Shown here: positions 1-7,803 of the stretch, piece by piece
How positions within the stretch are numbered: position 1 is the stretch's first letter
Layout: every line of letters begins with the position of its first letter
IMG/VR virus record: IMGVR_UViG_3300034072_000373
Span: 1-64,000 of that record
Length of the DNA stretch: 64,000 nt
From: a virus
Reading direction: 5' to 3' (one strand)
Program-made: the position numbers and the translations under genes
The notes under the pieces: model-generated
Databases searched by the model: none
What the model saw: only the letters and a program-made list of their open reading frames with translations
Told to the model about the DNA's origin: nothing

Positions 1-18
1 GCACTGGTTCATCAGACA

Positions 19-114
19 TTAGCCTATCCAATATGCTAAAGAGAAGAATGCGACGAGAGCCAAGAAGGTGAAACACCCATCAGGTTCTGGATCGTAATCA
101 GTGGTCAGTGCCAT
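19..114 (-). CDS. Small membrane peptide (31 aa)
   Basis: Hand-translated MALTTDYDPEPDGCFTFLALVAFFSLAYWIG. One hydrophobic stretch; its TAA overlaps the next ATG (TAATG). Confidence 0.45.
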   Translation of the reverse strand: MALTTDYDPEPDGCFTFLALVAFFSLAYWIG

Positions 115-463
115 TGGCAATTCCCTCAATGATTCTCATGCAAGCATGAGCATGTGTGATCCAAGGATCAGGCATACATGAGGTGACGAGAACAACCCCT
201 GAAACGTCTTGAGACATTTCAAAGATTTTCTCTAGCTCAAGCATGACTTCGAGATTTTCCTCTTTAATCTGCTGTTCGAGCCAGATGGAATATTCATCTA
301 CCTGATCAGCATATCGACGGATGGTGTAGTCATGTCCTCCACCACAATTGGTTCCCTTCTGTCCTAGCTTGATGCCAGAGGCAGTCATGGACAGTGGGCC
401 TTCATCCATATTGTATTGGAGGCCAGTGACTTTGTTTCCCTTACATTCTACGAGTATTACCAT
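98..463 (-). CDS. Hypothetical protein, weakly DUF4326-like
   Basis: YxxWLxxQI..ELxxI..SCMP..THAH resembles the DUF4326 C-terminal C-x-P..H pattern; tightly packed with its neighbours. Confidence 0.6.
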   Translation of the reverse strand: MVILVECKGNKVTGLQYNMDEGPLSMTASGIKLGQKGTNCGGGHDYTIRRYADQVDEYSIWLEQQIKEENLEVMLELEKIFEMSQDVSGVVLVTSCMPDPWITHAHACMRIIEGIANGTDH

Positions 464-933
464 TCGAGAAATTCCTTGTAGCTATGAACTGCACGGGAAT
501 ATTCTAACTGTCTGCTCTCTGCCCTTATCCTTTGATAGTCAGGGTCAGTGTATTCCAGATGATGATTCTGTTCTGTTGGACTTATTTCAGGTTTTTTCTG
601 ATACATCAGACGATGTATGCCCTCGAAGAACTCCCATTTGTTGAGTTCTTTGATCTCTTCTTCCTGCAATAGCACGAAGTGAGTATATTTATAACCACGT
701 AATCTATGTGGTTCAGTTACAATTGTAACCTCCCACTCAACCATTGGATCAAAGTTAGGACTTACAAACATTGTGTTATTAGATGTGCTATCACATATAA
801 TAAAATGATCCCTGATCCAGTGCAGGCCAAAATTGTAATTTAGACAGATCACTGCCAATTGAATTCGTGGTTCTTGAATCTCTTGTGCGTCATGGATGAA
901 AGGAAGATGACGCCAATATCTACGCCTGTTCAT
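457..933 (-). CDS. Hypothetical early protein
   Basis: 158-aa ORF with an AGGAG RBS upstream; operon packing. Confidence 0.7.
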   Translation of the reverse strand: MNRRRYWRHLPFIHDAQEIQEPRIQLAVICLNYNFGLHWIRDHFIICDSTSNNTMFVSPNFDPMVEWEVTIVTEPHRLRGYKYTHFVLLQEEEIKELNKWEFFEGIHRLMYQKKPEISPTEQNHHLEYTDPDYQRIRAESRQLEYSRAVHSYKEFLEW

Positions 934-1012
934 ACCCCAAACTCCTTTGGGTAATTATTGAGTCAGTTGACCCAAAATCTCCTACTTAGTTTTTGGGGTA
1001 TGAGTTCAACTT

Positions 1013-1216
1013 TTAGGACAGAGTTGAGGTCAGGAACTGACGATCACCGAGGTTTGCACTCTCGATCAGCTTACCCTTGTAGAGAACAGAGGGAACTGAG
1101 AGTGTGCCAGTCAGGCGCTTCACTTCATCCTGATACACCTTGGTTTCATCCTTGGTGGTCTGCTTATTGCTATCGCTACGCTCAACAACACCAGCGTTCT
1201 GCTTATTCTTTGCCAT
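1013..1216 (-). CDS. Hypothetical protein (67 aa)
   Basis: ATG with AGGA upstream; lies just after the gp2 terminator. Confidence 0.55.
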   Translation of the reverse strand: MAKNKQNAGVVERSDSNKQTTKDETKVYQDEVKRLTGTLSVPSVLYKGKLIESANLGDRQFLTSTLS

Positions 1217-1235
1217 TTTGATCTATCCTATGATG

Positions 1236-1275
1236 AAAAAATATGGGAACCATGAGACTGAATCCCATGGTTCCC
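1236..1275 (-). terminator. Rho-independent terminator after the gp2-like gene
   Basis: GGGAACCATG/CATGGTTCCC stem followed by ATATTTTTT on the minus strand. Confidence 0.8.
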
Positions 1276-1283
1276 TATGTTGG

Positions 1284-1658
1284 TTACTTGAGCTTGACAG
1301 CGAAGACGTTGCCTTCACTGACGGTCTGCGGCTGAGCGTCGTCAATGCGACGGACCTGAGCCTTGAGGTTGATCACCGCATCTTCGCCGGGCTTCAGCGA
1401 CTGAGCGATCTCCATGATCTGCGACAGCAGATCGTTCTGAGCAGCACGGAACTGCTTGAACTTTTCGTTCTTGCCACTCACCTTGAGCGGCTGGACCGAA
1501 TCCAGCGGAATGCCCATAGGCACCGACAGGAACGGATATTCTTCGTCTTCGGTTTCGACACCGACATTCAGCCAGAACTGGCTGGGTTCACGATCTTCTG
1601 CCTGAGCAGCAGGAGCCGACGAACGGTTGCCGAAACGGATGGGGAGTTCAACTGCCAT
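1284..1658 (-). CDS. N4 gp2-like ssDNA-binding activator of RNAPII (middle transcription)
   Basis: SQFWLNVG..FLSVPMGIPLD..FRAAQNDLL..LKPGE..QVRR matches the gp2 family pattern. It sits downstream of a vRNAP hairpin promoter. Start moved to ATG 1658 (GAAGGA RBS). Confidence 0.85.
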   Translation of the reverse strand: MAVELPIRFGNRSSAPAAQAEDREPSQFWLNVGVETEDEEYPFLSVPMGIPLDSVQPLKVSGKNEKFKQFRAAQNDLLSQIMEIAQSLKPGEDAVINLKAQVRRIDDAQPQTVSEGNVFAVKLK

Positions 1659-1725
1659 GATATATTTCCTTCTTTTGACTTCTCTTGATGTTGAAAGGGG
1701 CTGTGAGTAACTCACTTACATACAA

Positions 1726-1747
1726 CCCCAAACGGCCGAAGGCCGTT
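1726..1747 (-). promoter_or_regulatory. vRNAP hairpin promoter for the gp2-like gene
   Basis: Template (+) strand CCCC-A-AACGGCC-GAA-GGCCGTT: GAA triloop closed by C:G, with a C 11 nt from the loop centre (+1 about 1728), as in N4 early promoters. Confidence 0.85.
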
Positions 1748-1759
1748 AAACCAAACGAA

Positions 1760-1930
1760 TTACTCTAACAATTCGTAGGTAATAGTCCGCTTGTGCAAGG
1801 TTACATTAGAACCTTGAGAGCGTAATTTGTGTAGCCGTTTGGTGGCTAACTCAATATCATTAGAAATACATACATCTGTCCCCTTCTTTGACCGCACAAC
1901 ATATGAAATATCTGGTGCTGGAATAGTCAT
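1760..1930 (-). CDS. Small hypothetical early protein
   Basis: Start refined to MTIPAPD (ATGA overlap with the upstream stop, AAGGA RBS). Confidence 0.6.
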   Translation of the reverse strand: MTIPAPDISYVVRSKKGTDVCISNDIELATKRLHKLRSQGSNVTLHKRTITYELLE

Positions 1931-2100
1931 GCGATTCGTTCCTTTAAGATGCTCCAACGGACATCCCGAACCAATACAGGTATGTAGAGGAATGCCGGTT
2001 CATCGTAGAGCTTGTTGAGACGTTCAGCTTCAGCATGTGCTTCAGCTTTGCTGTAATAGAGTTTACCTGCCCTTGATACGGATCGTTTGATTGTGCTCAT
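1927..2100 (-). CDS. Small hypothetical early protein
   Basis: MSTIKRSVSRAGKLYYSKAEAHAEAERLNK; packed between its neighbours. Confidence 0.55.
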   Translation of the reverse strand: MSTIKRSVSRAGKLYYSKAEAHAEAERLNKLYDEPAFLYIPVLVRDVRWSILKERIA

Positions 2101-2395
2101 TATAGAGTTTACGAAGGATTTCACGATTCTTGGCTCCTGTCCTGCCCATGGATTTGAACTCAAGGACACCACGGTCCCAAAGCTGACCACGCTTTGCACG
2201 GATGCGATACAAGCTCACACCCTTGGGCAATACTCGAAGTATTTCTTCAGCAGTGTGTGGTTGATTGAAGATATGACGGAGATAATAATCCCGCTGATAA
2301 TTGATCGGAGTGTTAGGAGCACCACGATCAACATGGACAGTAACCCGCTCATTGAGTAGGTTACGCTGGATGAATGATTTGAGATAGTCGAACAT
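2063..2395 (-). CDS. Hypothetical early protein
   Basis: 110-aa ORF, TGATG coupling to the upstream gene. Confidence 0.65.
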   Translation of the reverse strand: MFDYLKSFIQRNLLNERVTVHVDRGAPNTPINYQRDYYLRHIFNQPHTAEEILRVLPKGVSLYRIRAKRGQLWDRGVLEFKSMGRTGAKNREILRKLYNEHNQTIRIKGR

Positions 2396-2856
2396 CAGTA
2401 TTTCATCCTTTCCTGACGATACTGTTCATATTCAGCATTCCACCGTGACATGAGTTCACGATAGATTGTATGAGCATCACTCTCACTATGTGAGAGATAC
2501 CAGTTGTTGTAGGTTTGAGGCTTTACATGCGAATCCAGATATGAATTGCTATGATATCTGGAGCCTTTACTTCCTCCCAAGAACTCCTTCGATACGAAGA
2601 AGTCTTTGTATGGTCGGAACTTAGGTTTGCCGAATGTTTCGCAAGAATGGTCCAACAAGTGGACTACACCGAGATATTCAGGCTCTAGAACCTTCGTGGC
2701 TCCACCTTGTCCCACACGCCAGATAGGCTCTCCAATCTCCAGCAAATCTGGAGAATAGACATACAGCGTAAGATCAATTGGACCCATATAAGCGAAGTTG
2801 AAAGGGCTAGGCTGTGCGAGTTCATCACGCATACGCTCGGATTGATACAGCAACAT
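2395..2856 (-). CDS. Hypothetical early protein
   Basis: 153-aa ORF, TAATG coupling. Confidence 0.7.
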   Translation of the reverse strand: MLLYQSERMRDELAQPSPFNFAYMGPIDLTLYVYSPDLLEIGEPIWRVGQGGATKVLEPEYLGVVHLLDHSCETFGKPKFRPYKDFFVSKEFLGGSKGSRYHSNSYLDSHVKPQTYNNWYLSHSESDAHTIYRELMSRWNAEYEQYRQERMKY

Positions 2857-3395
2857 TAGCGGTTATCCTTTATTTCTTGGAGGATATCAGCAAGAGACTT
2901 GCCAATAGGTGCATTCATGTAGCGATCCATTTCTGCTGAATAGCAGCGATGATCTTCATGCTCGAAGTTGTCGATTGGGTTGTAATATGGACCATCATCG
3001 TAGTAATAATCCACATCATATAGATAATCATTGAAGTGCAAGCCTTCATCATAATCATCTTGAGGATACTCATAGTCATCCTCTGCACCATACCACCAAT
3101 CAGGTAGTTCCATTGGCTCATCGTCATACCAATCGAGGTCGTCATAATATTCCTCGATATCGCCCATCATATCTTCATAGAGGGCGAACTTGATTTGGAG
3201 CTTGGCAGCTTGTCTGCGGACACGACTGGAATATCGCACCATCTTGGAGCGAGATTTAGTCCAGTCATATTCCCAGTTGTTAGCTTTGACTGTGCCATGC
3301 CTGTCGTAATTAACGCCACACATGACTTCAGATGGATAGCGTTGACGCATTGCCTTACGCTTCCACTTAGGGTTGGCTCTACGAGTCCAGCCCAT
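2856..3395 (-). CDS. Early protein with a basic N-terminus and a Asp/Glu/Tyr-rich central tract
   Basis: 179 aa, TAATG coupling; composition is visible in the translation. Confidence 0.7.
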   Translation of the reverse strand: MGWTRRANPKWKRKAMRQRYPSEVMCGVNYDRHGTVKANNWEYDWTKSRSKMVRYSSRVRRQAAKLQIKFALYEDMMGDIEEYYDDLDWYDDEPMELPDWWYGAEDDYEYPQDDYDEGLHFNDYLYDVDYYYDDGPYYNPIDNFEHEDHRCYSAEMDRYMNAPIGKSLADILQEIKDNR

Positions 3396-3583
3396 TAGTC
3401 TTTACTCGACAGATATTCATGGATCATGAGTGCAAATGCACCAGCAGCAGCCATGCACTGTGCAAATGCCACATAGAGCAGACCCTTGAATTGATACATC
3501 AGTTGATGATTATACTCATCGGTCTGGATGGCGATCATGAATGCGCAGAGCACATTGAAGATGATGAAAATGAACTTAGCCAT
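3395..3583 (-). CDS. Small membrane protein with two predicted TM segments
   Basis: Two hydrophobic segments; operon packing. Confidence 0.65.
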   Translation of the reverse strand: MAKFIFIIFNVLCAFMIAIQTDEYNHQLMYQFKGLLYVAFAQCMAAAGAFALMIHEYLSSKD

Positions 3584-3585
3584 GA

Positions 3586-3768
3586 TTACTTGTCCTTATT
3601 AATGAAATATAAGTGAGCAGCTTCCCATGCTTCAGAAAGTTCAGGAGTCATTACCATAAGGCCCGTTATATTATCACTTGAGCCGTCTGGATGTTGTCTG
3701 CCTGTGCGAATTTCTCTCTGAGAAGCATCTAAAGCTAGTAATAGGTTTGATAAAAGTTCTTCAACCAT
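3586..3768 (-). CDS. Small hypothetical early protein
   Basis: 60-aa ORF with an AAGGA RBS. Confidence 0.6.
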   Translation of the reverse strand: MVEELLSNLLLALDASQREIRTGRQHPDGSSDNITGLMVMTPELSEAWEAAHLYFINKDK

Positions 3769-3937
3769 GGTTGAATGTCCTTATATCATATCGAAGACCA
3801 GCTTCGAGTTTCCACCAATCATCACTACCGATGACATAGACAGTCCAGTTTTTATCGAACAAGTCGAATTGGACTAATTCATCGTATGGTTCCCATGAAC
3901 CATCATCATGGATGATTACAGCTTCACCATCTCTCAT
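3761..3937 (-). CDS. Small hypothetical early protein
   Basis: Start refined to MRDGEAVIIH (GGAG RBS). Confidence 0.6.
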   Translation of the reverse strand: MRDGEAVIIHDDGSWEPYDELVQFDLFDKNWTVYVIGSDDWWKLEAGLRYDIRTFNHG

Positions 3938-3941
3938 TGGA

Positions 3942-4097
3942 TTAGTTCTCCGGGTTTTCCATTTTAGACAACCAATCCGACATCTCGATATCGGTTGGCT
4001 CATACATGTTCTCATCAGGGATGGAGCAATCTTCGGAATGATCCGTAGCTTCATCATATATCTTCTGCTGACAAAGCCCGCAGTTATATGCTTTCAT
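3942..4097 (-). CDS. Small acidic protein with a possible Zn site (51 aa; not in the ORF track)
   Basis: Hand-translated MKAYNCGLCQQKIYDEATDHSEDCSIPDENMYEPTDIEMSDWLSKMENPEN; GGAG RBS; CxxC..H..C. Confidence 0.6.
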   Translation of the reverse strand: MKAYNCGLCQQKIYDEATDHSEDCSIPDENMYEPTDIEMSDWLSKMENPEN

Positions 4098-4153
4098 GGT
4101 TCTTTCTCCATTAGTTATAATAACCTTGGATATTTCTACCCAAGGCTATTGAA

Positions 4154-4372
4154 TTAATGTTTGATTTGAGAGAGCATGAACCGACCAAGAGCGAAGATAC
4201 GCTCATTGGATTGAGCCAGTTCAAGCTTGAGTTTGACCACATTGTCTTCAGCAACAATGAGTTTATTGAGCCAAGCCTTCTTGGTTCGAGGATGAGTTGA
4301 GGTTTCCATACGTTCTTTGATATGGAAAACCATATATTCTGCATCCAGCAGAGTTTCCTCACGAGTTTTCAT
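4154..4372 (-). CDS. Small helical hypothetical protein
   Basis: 72-aa ORF starting 2 nt after the upstream stop. Confidence 0.6.
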   Translation of the reverse strand: MKTREETLLDAEYMVFHIKERMETSTHPRTKKAWLNKLIVAEDNVVKLKLELAQSNERIFALGRFMLSQIKH

Positions 4373-4374
4373 AT

Positions 4375-4542
4375 TTATGCTCGGACAATCTTGGTTTCAA
4401 AACCACGATCATCTCGCCAGTATTTTCCCTGACGAATTGCTGCGTCAACATTCTTATGAATATAAACTTTCACGCAATTGGGGAATTTTACTTTTACATG
4501 AAATTTCGCTGCGCTCAATTTCGTCTGCGACTGATAGGACAT
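4375..4542 (-). CDS. Small basic early protein (55 aa; not in the ORF track)
   Basis: Hand-translated MSYQSQTKLSAAKFHVKVKFPNCVKVYIHKNVDAAIRQGKYWRDDRGFETKIVRA; GGAGG RBS; 28 nt from the predicted vRNAP +1. Confidence 0.7.
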   Translation of the reverse strand: MSYQSQTKLSAAKFHVKVKFPNCVKVYIHKNVDAAIRQGKYWRDDRGFETKIVRA

Positions 4543-4569
4543 GGAATTTTCCTCCAGATACTAAATTTT

Positions 4570-4588
4570 CCATACAATCGAAGATTGT
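4570..4588 (-). promoter_or_regulatory. Third vRNAP hairpin promoter (variant stem)
   Basis: CC-AT-ACAATC-GAA-GATTGT: same GAA loop, C:G closing pair and CCATA spacing as the gp1 promoter. Confidence 0.7.
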
Positions 4589-4712
4589 CACGAAACTGCG
4601 TTTCGCAACGTCTACGCTTCGCTCCGACTGTTATTTTCTTCTTATGGAAAGTAGAGAAAAGTAGAATTTTCTGATCCCATCCTTCGGATGGAATCGAATT
4701 CTTCTATCAACT

Positions 4713-4738
4713 AAAAATGCGGGGATTTCTCCCCGCAT
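4713..4738 (-). terminator. Terminator after the gp1-like gene
   Basis: ATGCGGGGA-GAAA-TCCCCGCAT followed by a T run on the minus strand. Confidence 0.85.
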
Positions 4739-4743
4739 CCTTC

Positions 4744-5055
4744 TTATTTCTCCAAGATTTCCGTATATTCTGCCAGAAGCGAATTGAACAATTCAGCATC
4801 AGCTTCATCGGTCATCATATTCTCGATTTCCTTGCGCGCCTTAAAGTCTGCAAGGGCAGCCTCACGAGCAAGCTTCTTGTCGAGCTTCTTTAAGGCAATC
4901 TTGTTATTCTTCTGGGTCTCTACCTTATACAGGTTAGCGTTGTCATGCCAAGCAGTTACAACTGAGTTGAGTGCATCAACAGACAGAGTAGCAGTATCAG
5001 CTACCTTAACAACAGTGTTGAAGATAGAGCCAGCAGTCTGAGTGATAGTAGCCAT
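4744..5055 (-). CDS. N4 gp1-like first early protein
   Basis: Helical 103 aa with the T..GSI..TV...A.T....DA pattern; first gene after a hairpin promoter at the predicted genome end. Confidence 0.75.
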   Translation of the reverse strand: MATITQTAGSIFNTVVKVADTATLSVDALNSVVTAWHDNANLYKVETQKNNKIALKKLDKKLAREAALADFKARKEIENMMTDEADAELFNSLLAEYTEILEK

Positions 5056-5082
5056 GGTTAGTCCTTATAATGGGCATCATTA

Positions 5083-5101
5083 CCCATATGGCCGAAGGCC
5101 A
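5083..5101 (-). promoter_or_regulatory. vRNAP hairpin promoter for the gp1-like gene
   Basis: CCC-ATA-TGGCC-GAA-GGCCA; shares the core GGCCGAAGGCC with 1734-1744; +1 about 5084. Confidence 0.85.
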
Positions 5102-5678
5102 ATACATAAGGGGGCCACTACTGGTGTTAATAAGTGTTAACCGGGGGGGTATGTTTACATTACCCCGGTGTTCACCAGTGTTATATTACATTGGAACATA
5201 ATTATCAAAAAATTCAGTATAAAATACAATATAATTATGACTATCTCTATAACCGTATTTATGTTGTGTTACGTGGAATGAGTGTATATGTCCCGTCTCC
5301 GTTGTCTTTCCAATCAACGAATTGGAAGTCTTTCCACTCTTCTTCAAATTCTAATGGGAGAGGTAAGGTGATTTCATCCCTCTCATTTCTATGAATCCAT
5401 TGAGAATATATTGGTCCCTGTCTCATGGCTCAGTCCTATTCAAGGTTAGGGGGAGGGTTTAAGGGAACACGGGGTTGACCAGAGGCAACAAGGGGGTTCC
5501 ATTTATATCTCGTAAGCACATGTGTGATGTAATCACAAACTGCTGGAGAGAATGTGAAACATTAGATTATGGGCAAACAATGGTAGGGAGGGTTGGTCCG
5601 GTTTTGATACACCTTGTCAACCCCCCATGTCTAAGTGATTTTTTCGATTAGTGTGATCGAAATTTTCGATTAACGGTT
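5102..5678. other. Non-coding region probably containing the genome ends (collapsed direct terminal repeat)
   Basis: About 580 bp without a credible gene, lying between gp1 and the terminase-proximal genes, which is where N4-like genomes end. Contains G runs (CCGGGGGGGT) and short repeats. Confidence 0.6.
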
Positions 5679-6194
5679 TTATCGAGCAGAGAATCCACGA
5701 GAACCCCAATCAATCGCAAGATCAATGAGTTCCTCCACCGGGACATTGAAGAAGTAGTCACGGTTTTTGAAGCGGAACATCACTTCTTCCGTTGGCTCAA
5801 TGAGGGTGGGAGCAGGGTTAGCCCAATTCTTCATGAGGATACCACTGTCTGCTGCGTGCTGACGGATTTCATCTTCTCTTTCAGCGGAGAGTTTCTTCCT
5901 CTTCCGATTGATGATCTTCACTGGTGGGAGTGGACCATCAGGGATTGAGAAACGGACTTTACTTCCAATAGCTTCCCATGTTTCAGGAACATCTATTTGT
6001 CCGTGGACAGGCCAGCCGGGATAGTGCTTGGCATTGATGGTCATGCAGTTGGTTCCATGAACCAAGTGACCTCCTTCAATGACTCGTTGTAGTATCGCAA
6101 CATTATTAAGTGTATAAGTGATAGTGAATCTATGACCGATCATTCCATCAGGCATACGGATGGTGATAGTCTTTCCAGAGTTCGAGATTTTCAT
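5679..6194 (-). CDS. Hypothetical protein (171 aa)
   Basis: Start refined to MKISNSGK (AAAGGA RBS); the upstream extension is antisense to the next gene. Confidence 0.7.
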   Translation of the reverse strand: MKISNSGKTITIRMPDGMIGHRFTITYTLNNVAILQRVIEGGHLVHGTNCMTINAKHYPGWPVHGQIDVPETWEAIGSKVRFSIPDGPLPPVKIINRKRKKLSAEREDEIRQHAADSGILMKNWANPAPTLIEPTEEVMFRFKNRDYFFNVPVEELIDLAIDWGSRGFSAR

Positions 6195-6255
6195 TATATG
6201 TCCTTTCTGTAGGCTCCTTGATGGACAACCTATATTCATTAATGGAGTAAAAGAT

Positions 6256-7218
6256 ATGAGCGTATTGAACGCATTGCAGCGCAAATACACCTTGGTTGGT
6301 TTTAAGGGGCCAGTAACCCTACAGGATATCGTTGATACTGCTATTGCTGGTGGCTCCGGTGGAGGCGGGGGTGGTGATGGCGTCAGTGTTACCGGCGCGG
6401 CCATTGATGCCAATGGTGATCTGATTATCACTCTGTCTGATAACTCAACCCTTAATGCTGGTAGGGCGCGAGGCGTTGATGGTGCAGATGGAACCAGTTA
6501 TACTGCTATGTCTCAGGCTGAGGCAGCGGCAGGGACTGCTACCACACCTCGTGTTATTACCGCTGCACGATTGAAGGAAGCGATTGAAACCCATGCCCCA
6601 AGTGGTGGTGGGGGTAGCTCTACTCCTTGGTATTGGAATCCACCTGTGGCTGCTGACTTCACTCTACTGAGTGGTGACGCAAACAGTCTGACTCTTACGG
6701 ATGATGCCGATGTTGGTCTGATGATTAAGTCAGGTCCAATTGTTGGTGGTGCAGGCGACGTATCTCGTATTGCAGTGAAGCCTATTCCAAATCCTGCTGC
6801 GGATTGGGATATTCGAGTCCATGCACTGACCTTTGCTGATGGGCAGGACTATACCAAGATTCTTCCCTTGGTTCTGCGTGATAGCGTAGGTGGGCGACTG
6901 GCTACAATGTCAGTGACCAACGAGAGCAACACTTATGCCAATGTGAATTTCAATTCACTGACTGCATATGGTGGCGCAACTGGTGACTCGTTTAACAACA
7001 AGGGCGGTGCTCCTATGTGGTTCCGCGTTGCCTGTGTTGGCTCGACCCTGACTTACTATGTGTCGATGGATGGTAAGAACTGGTTGGATGTGGCGACCGC
7101 TGACGTCACTTCATTCCTTGCCAATCGTCCTAATCAGGTTGGGTTTGGTGCCAACTTCAATAAGATTGTGGGTAAGAAGGCGGTTATCACCGTCGATCAT
7201 CTTTCAATTACTCAGTAA
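6256..7218 (+). CDS. Fibre/receptor-binding-like protein with a C-terminal ConA/LamG-like beta-sandwich
   Basis: GGAG RBS. GVSVTGAAIDANGDLIITLSD..GVDGADG collagen-adjacent motif, SQAEAAAGT..ITAARLKEAI fibre motif, WFRV..GSTLTYYVSMDGKNW lectin-like strands. Confidence 0.7.
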   Translation: MSVLNALQRKYTLVGFKGPVTLQDIVDTAIAGGSGGGGGGDGVSVTGAAIDANGDLIITLSDNSTLNAGRARGVDGADGTSYTAMSQAEAAAGTATTPRVITAARLKEAIETHAPSGGGGSSTPWYWNPPVAADFTLLSGDANSLTLTDDADVGLMIKSGPIVGGAGDVSRIAVKPIPNPAADWDIRVHALTFADGQDYTKILPLVLRDSVGGRLATMSVTNESNTYANVNFNSLTAYGGATGDSFNNKGGAPMWFRVACVGSTLTYYVSMDGKNWLDVATADVTSFLANRPNQVGFGANFNKIVGKKAVITVDHLSITQ

Positions 7219-7220
7219 CG

Positions 7221-7255
7221 AAAAATCCCCCCACCTATTTCTAAGTGGGGGGATT
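7221..7255. terminator. Terminator hairpin; the better U-tract is on the minus strand
   Basis: AATCCCCCCAC/GTGGGGGGATT stem, A5 on the left, only TTCT on the right. Confidence 0.75.
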
Positions 7256-7397
7256 CTCCGAAAGGAGCGGACCATGGCAAGTTCCGCGAGTATGTTATGG
7301 ATCACCAGAGTAAGAAAGACCTAACACCCTTGGCTCCATTTGCAGACTGTTACAAAGCCACCTGTCTGCTGGGCTAACCGACGAACACTTTACAACC

Positions 7398-7432
7398 TTG
7401 CTTTAAGGTAATCTTGAGTCTAAAAATGTCAA
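7398..7432. promoter_or_regulatory. Overlapping divergent sigma70-like promoter candidates
   Basis: Minus strand: TTGACA (7432-7427), 16 nt, TACCTT (7410-7405). Plus strand: TTGCTT (7398-7403), 17 nt, TAAAAA (7421-7426). Confidence 0.45.
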
Positions 7433-7454
7433 GCCACAAAAGGAGGGCTTGAAT

Positions 7455-7796
7455 ATGACTGACTCAATCGAACAGATTCGCTTACGCTGCTTTCATGAAG
7501 TAATGCACCCAGATAAGCACATGCCTCAGCTTTTGAGCGAAGCTAAGCAGCTTGAAGAATATGTGCTAGGCAAGACTCTAGTGCAGAATAATCCAGTGCA
7601 TTTCATGGATCGTGTAAAGCAGGAAGCTGCTGAGCTTTATACAAAGCTCGAAGCACTCAAGAAATTTATCGCTACCGATACCTTCCAGCAACTCGAAGAC
7701 GAGGAACAGGCAGACATGGAAGCACAGTGTTCTCTCATGGCTCGATACCATGGGACACTTCAGCGTCGTATTCTACGATATGAGAAGAATCAGTGA
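7455..7796 (+). CDS. Hypothetical protein with a crAss001_48-like C-terminal helical hairpin
   Basis: FMDRVKQEAAELYTKLEALKKFI..F..L...EQ..M..Q...M..Y...L..RI; AGGAGG RBS. Confidence 0.7.
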   Translation: MTDSIEQIRLRCFHEVMHPDKHMPQLLSEAKQLEEYVLGKTLVQNNPVHFMDRVKQEAAELYTKLEALKKFIATDTFQQLEDEEQADMEAQCSLMARYHGTLQRRILRYEKNQ

Positions 7797-7803
7797 GGTA
7801 GGT

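Noticed and set aside
1140-1688. 182-aa plus-strand ORF
   Set aside because: Antisense to the gp2-like gene and crosses its terminator.
4375-4692. Cluster of GC-GNA-GC mini-hairpins as an origin or extra promoters
   Set aside because: 4375-4542 is a coding gene. The remaining minus-strand hairpins have only a 2-bp stem (GCGAAGC) or lack a C at +1 (CCATCC-GAA-GGATGG).
5134-5394. 86-aa plus-strand ORF in the terminal region
   Set aside because: TTG/GTG-type start without an RBS, atypical composition, and it lies in the predicted terminal non-coding region.
7250-7300. c-di-GMP-I riboswitch suggested by CTCC-GAAA-GGAG
   Set aside because: The GGCAAA/GACGCAAA core is missing.
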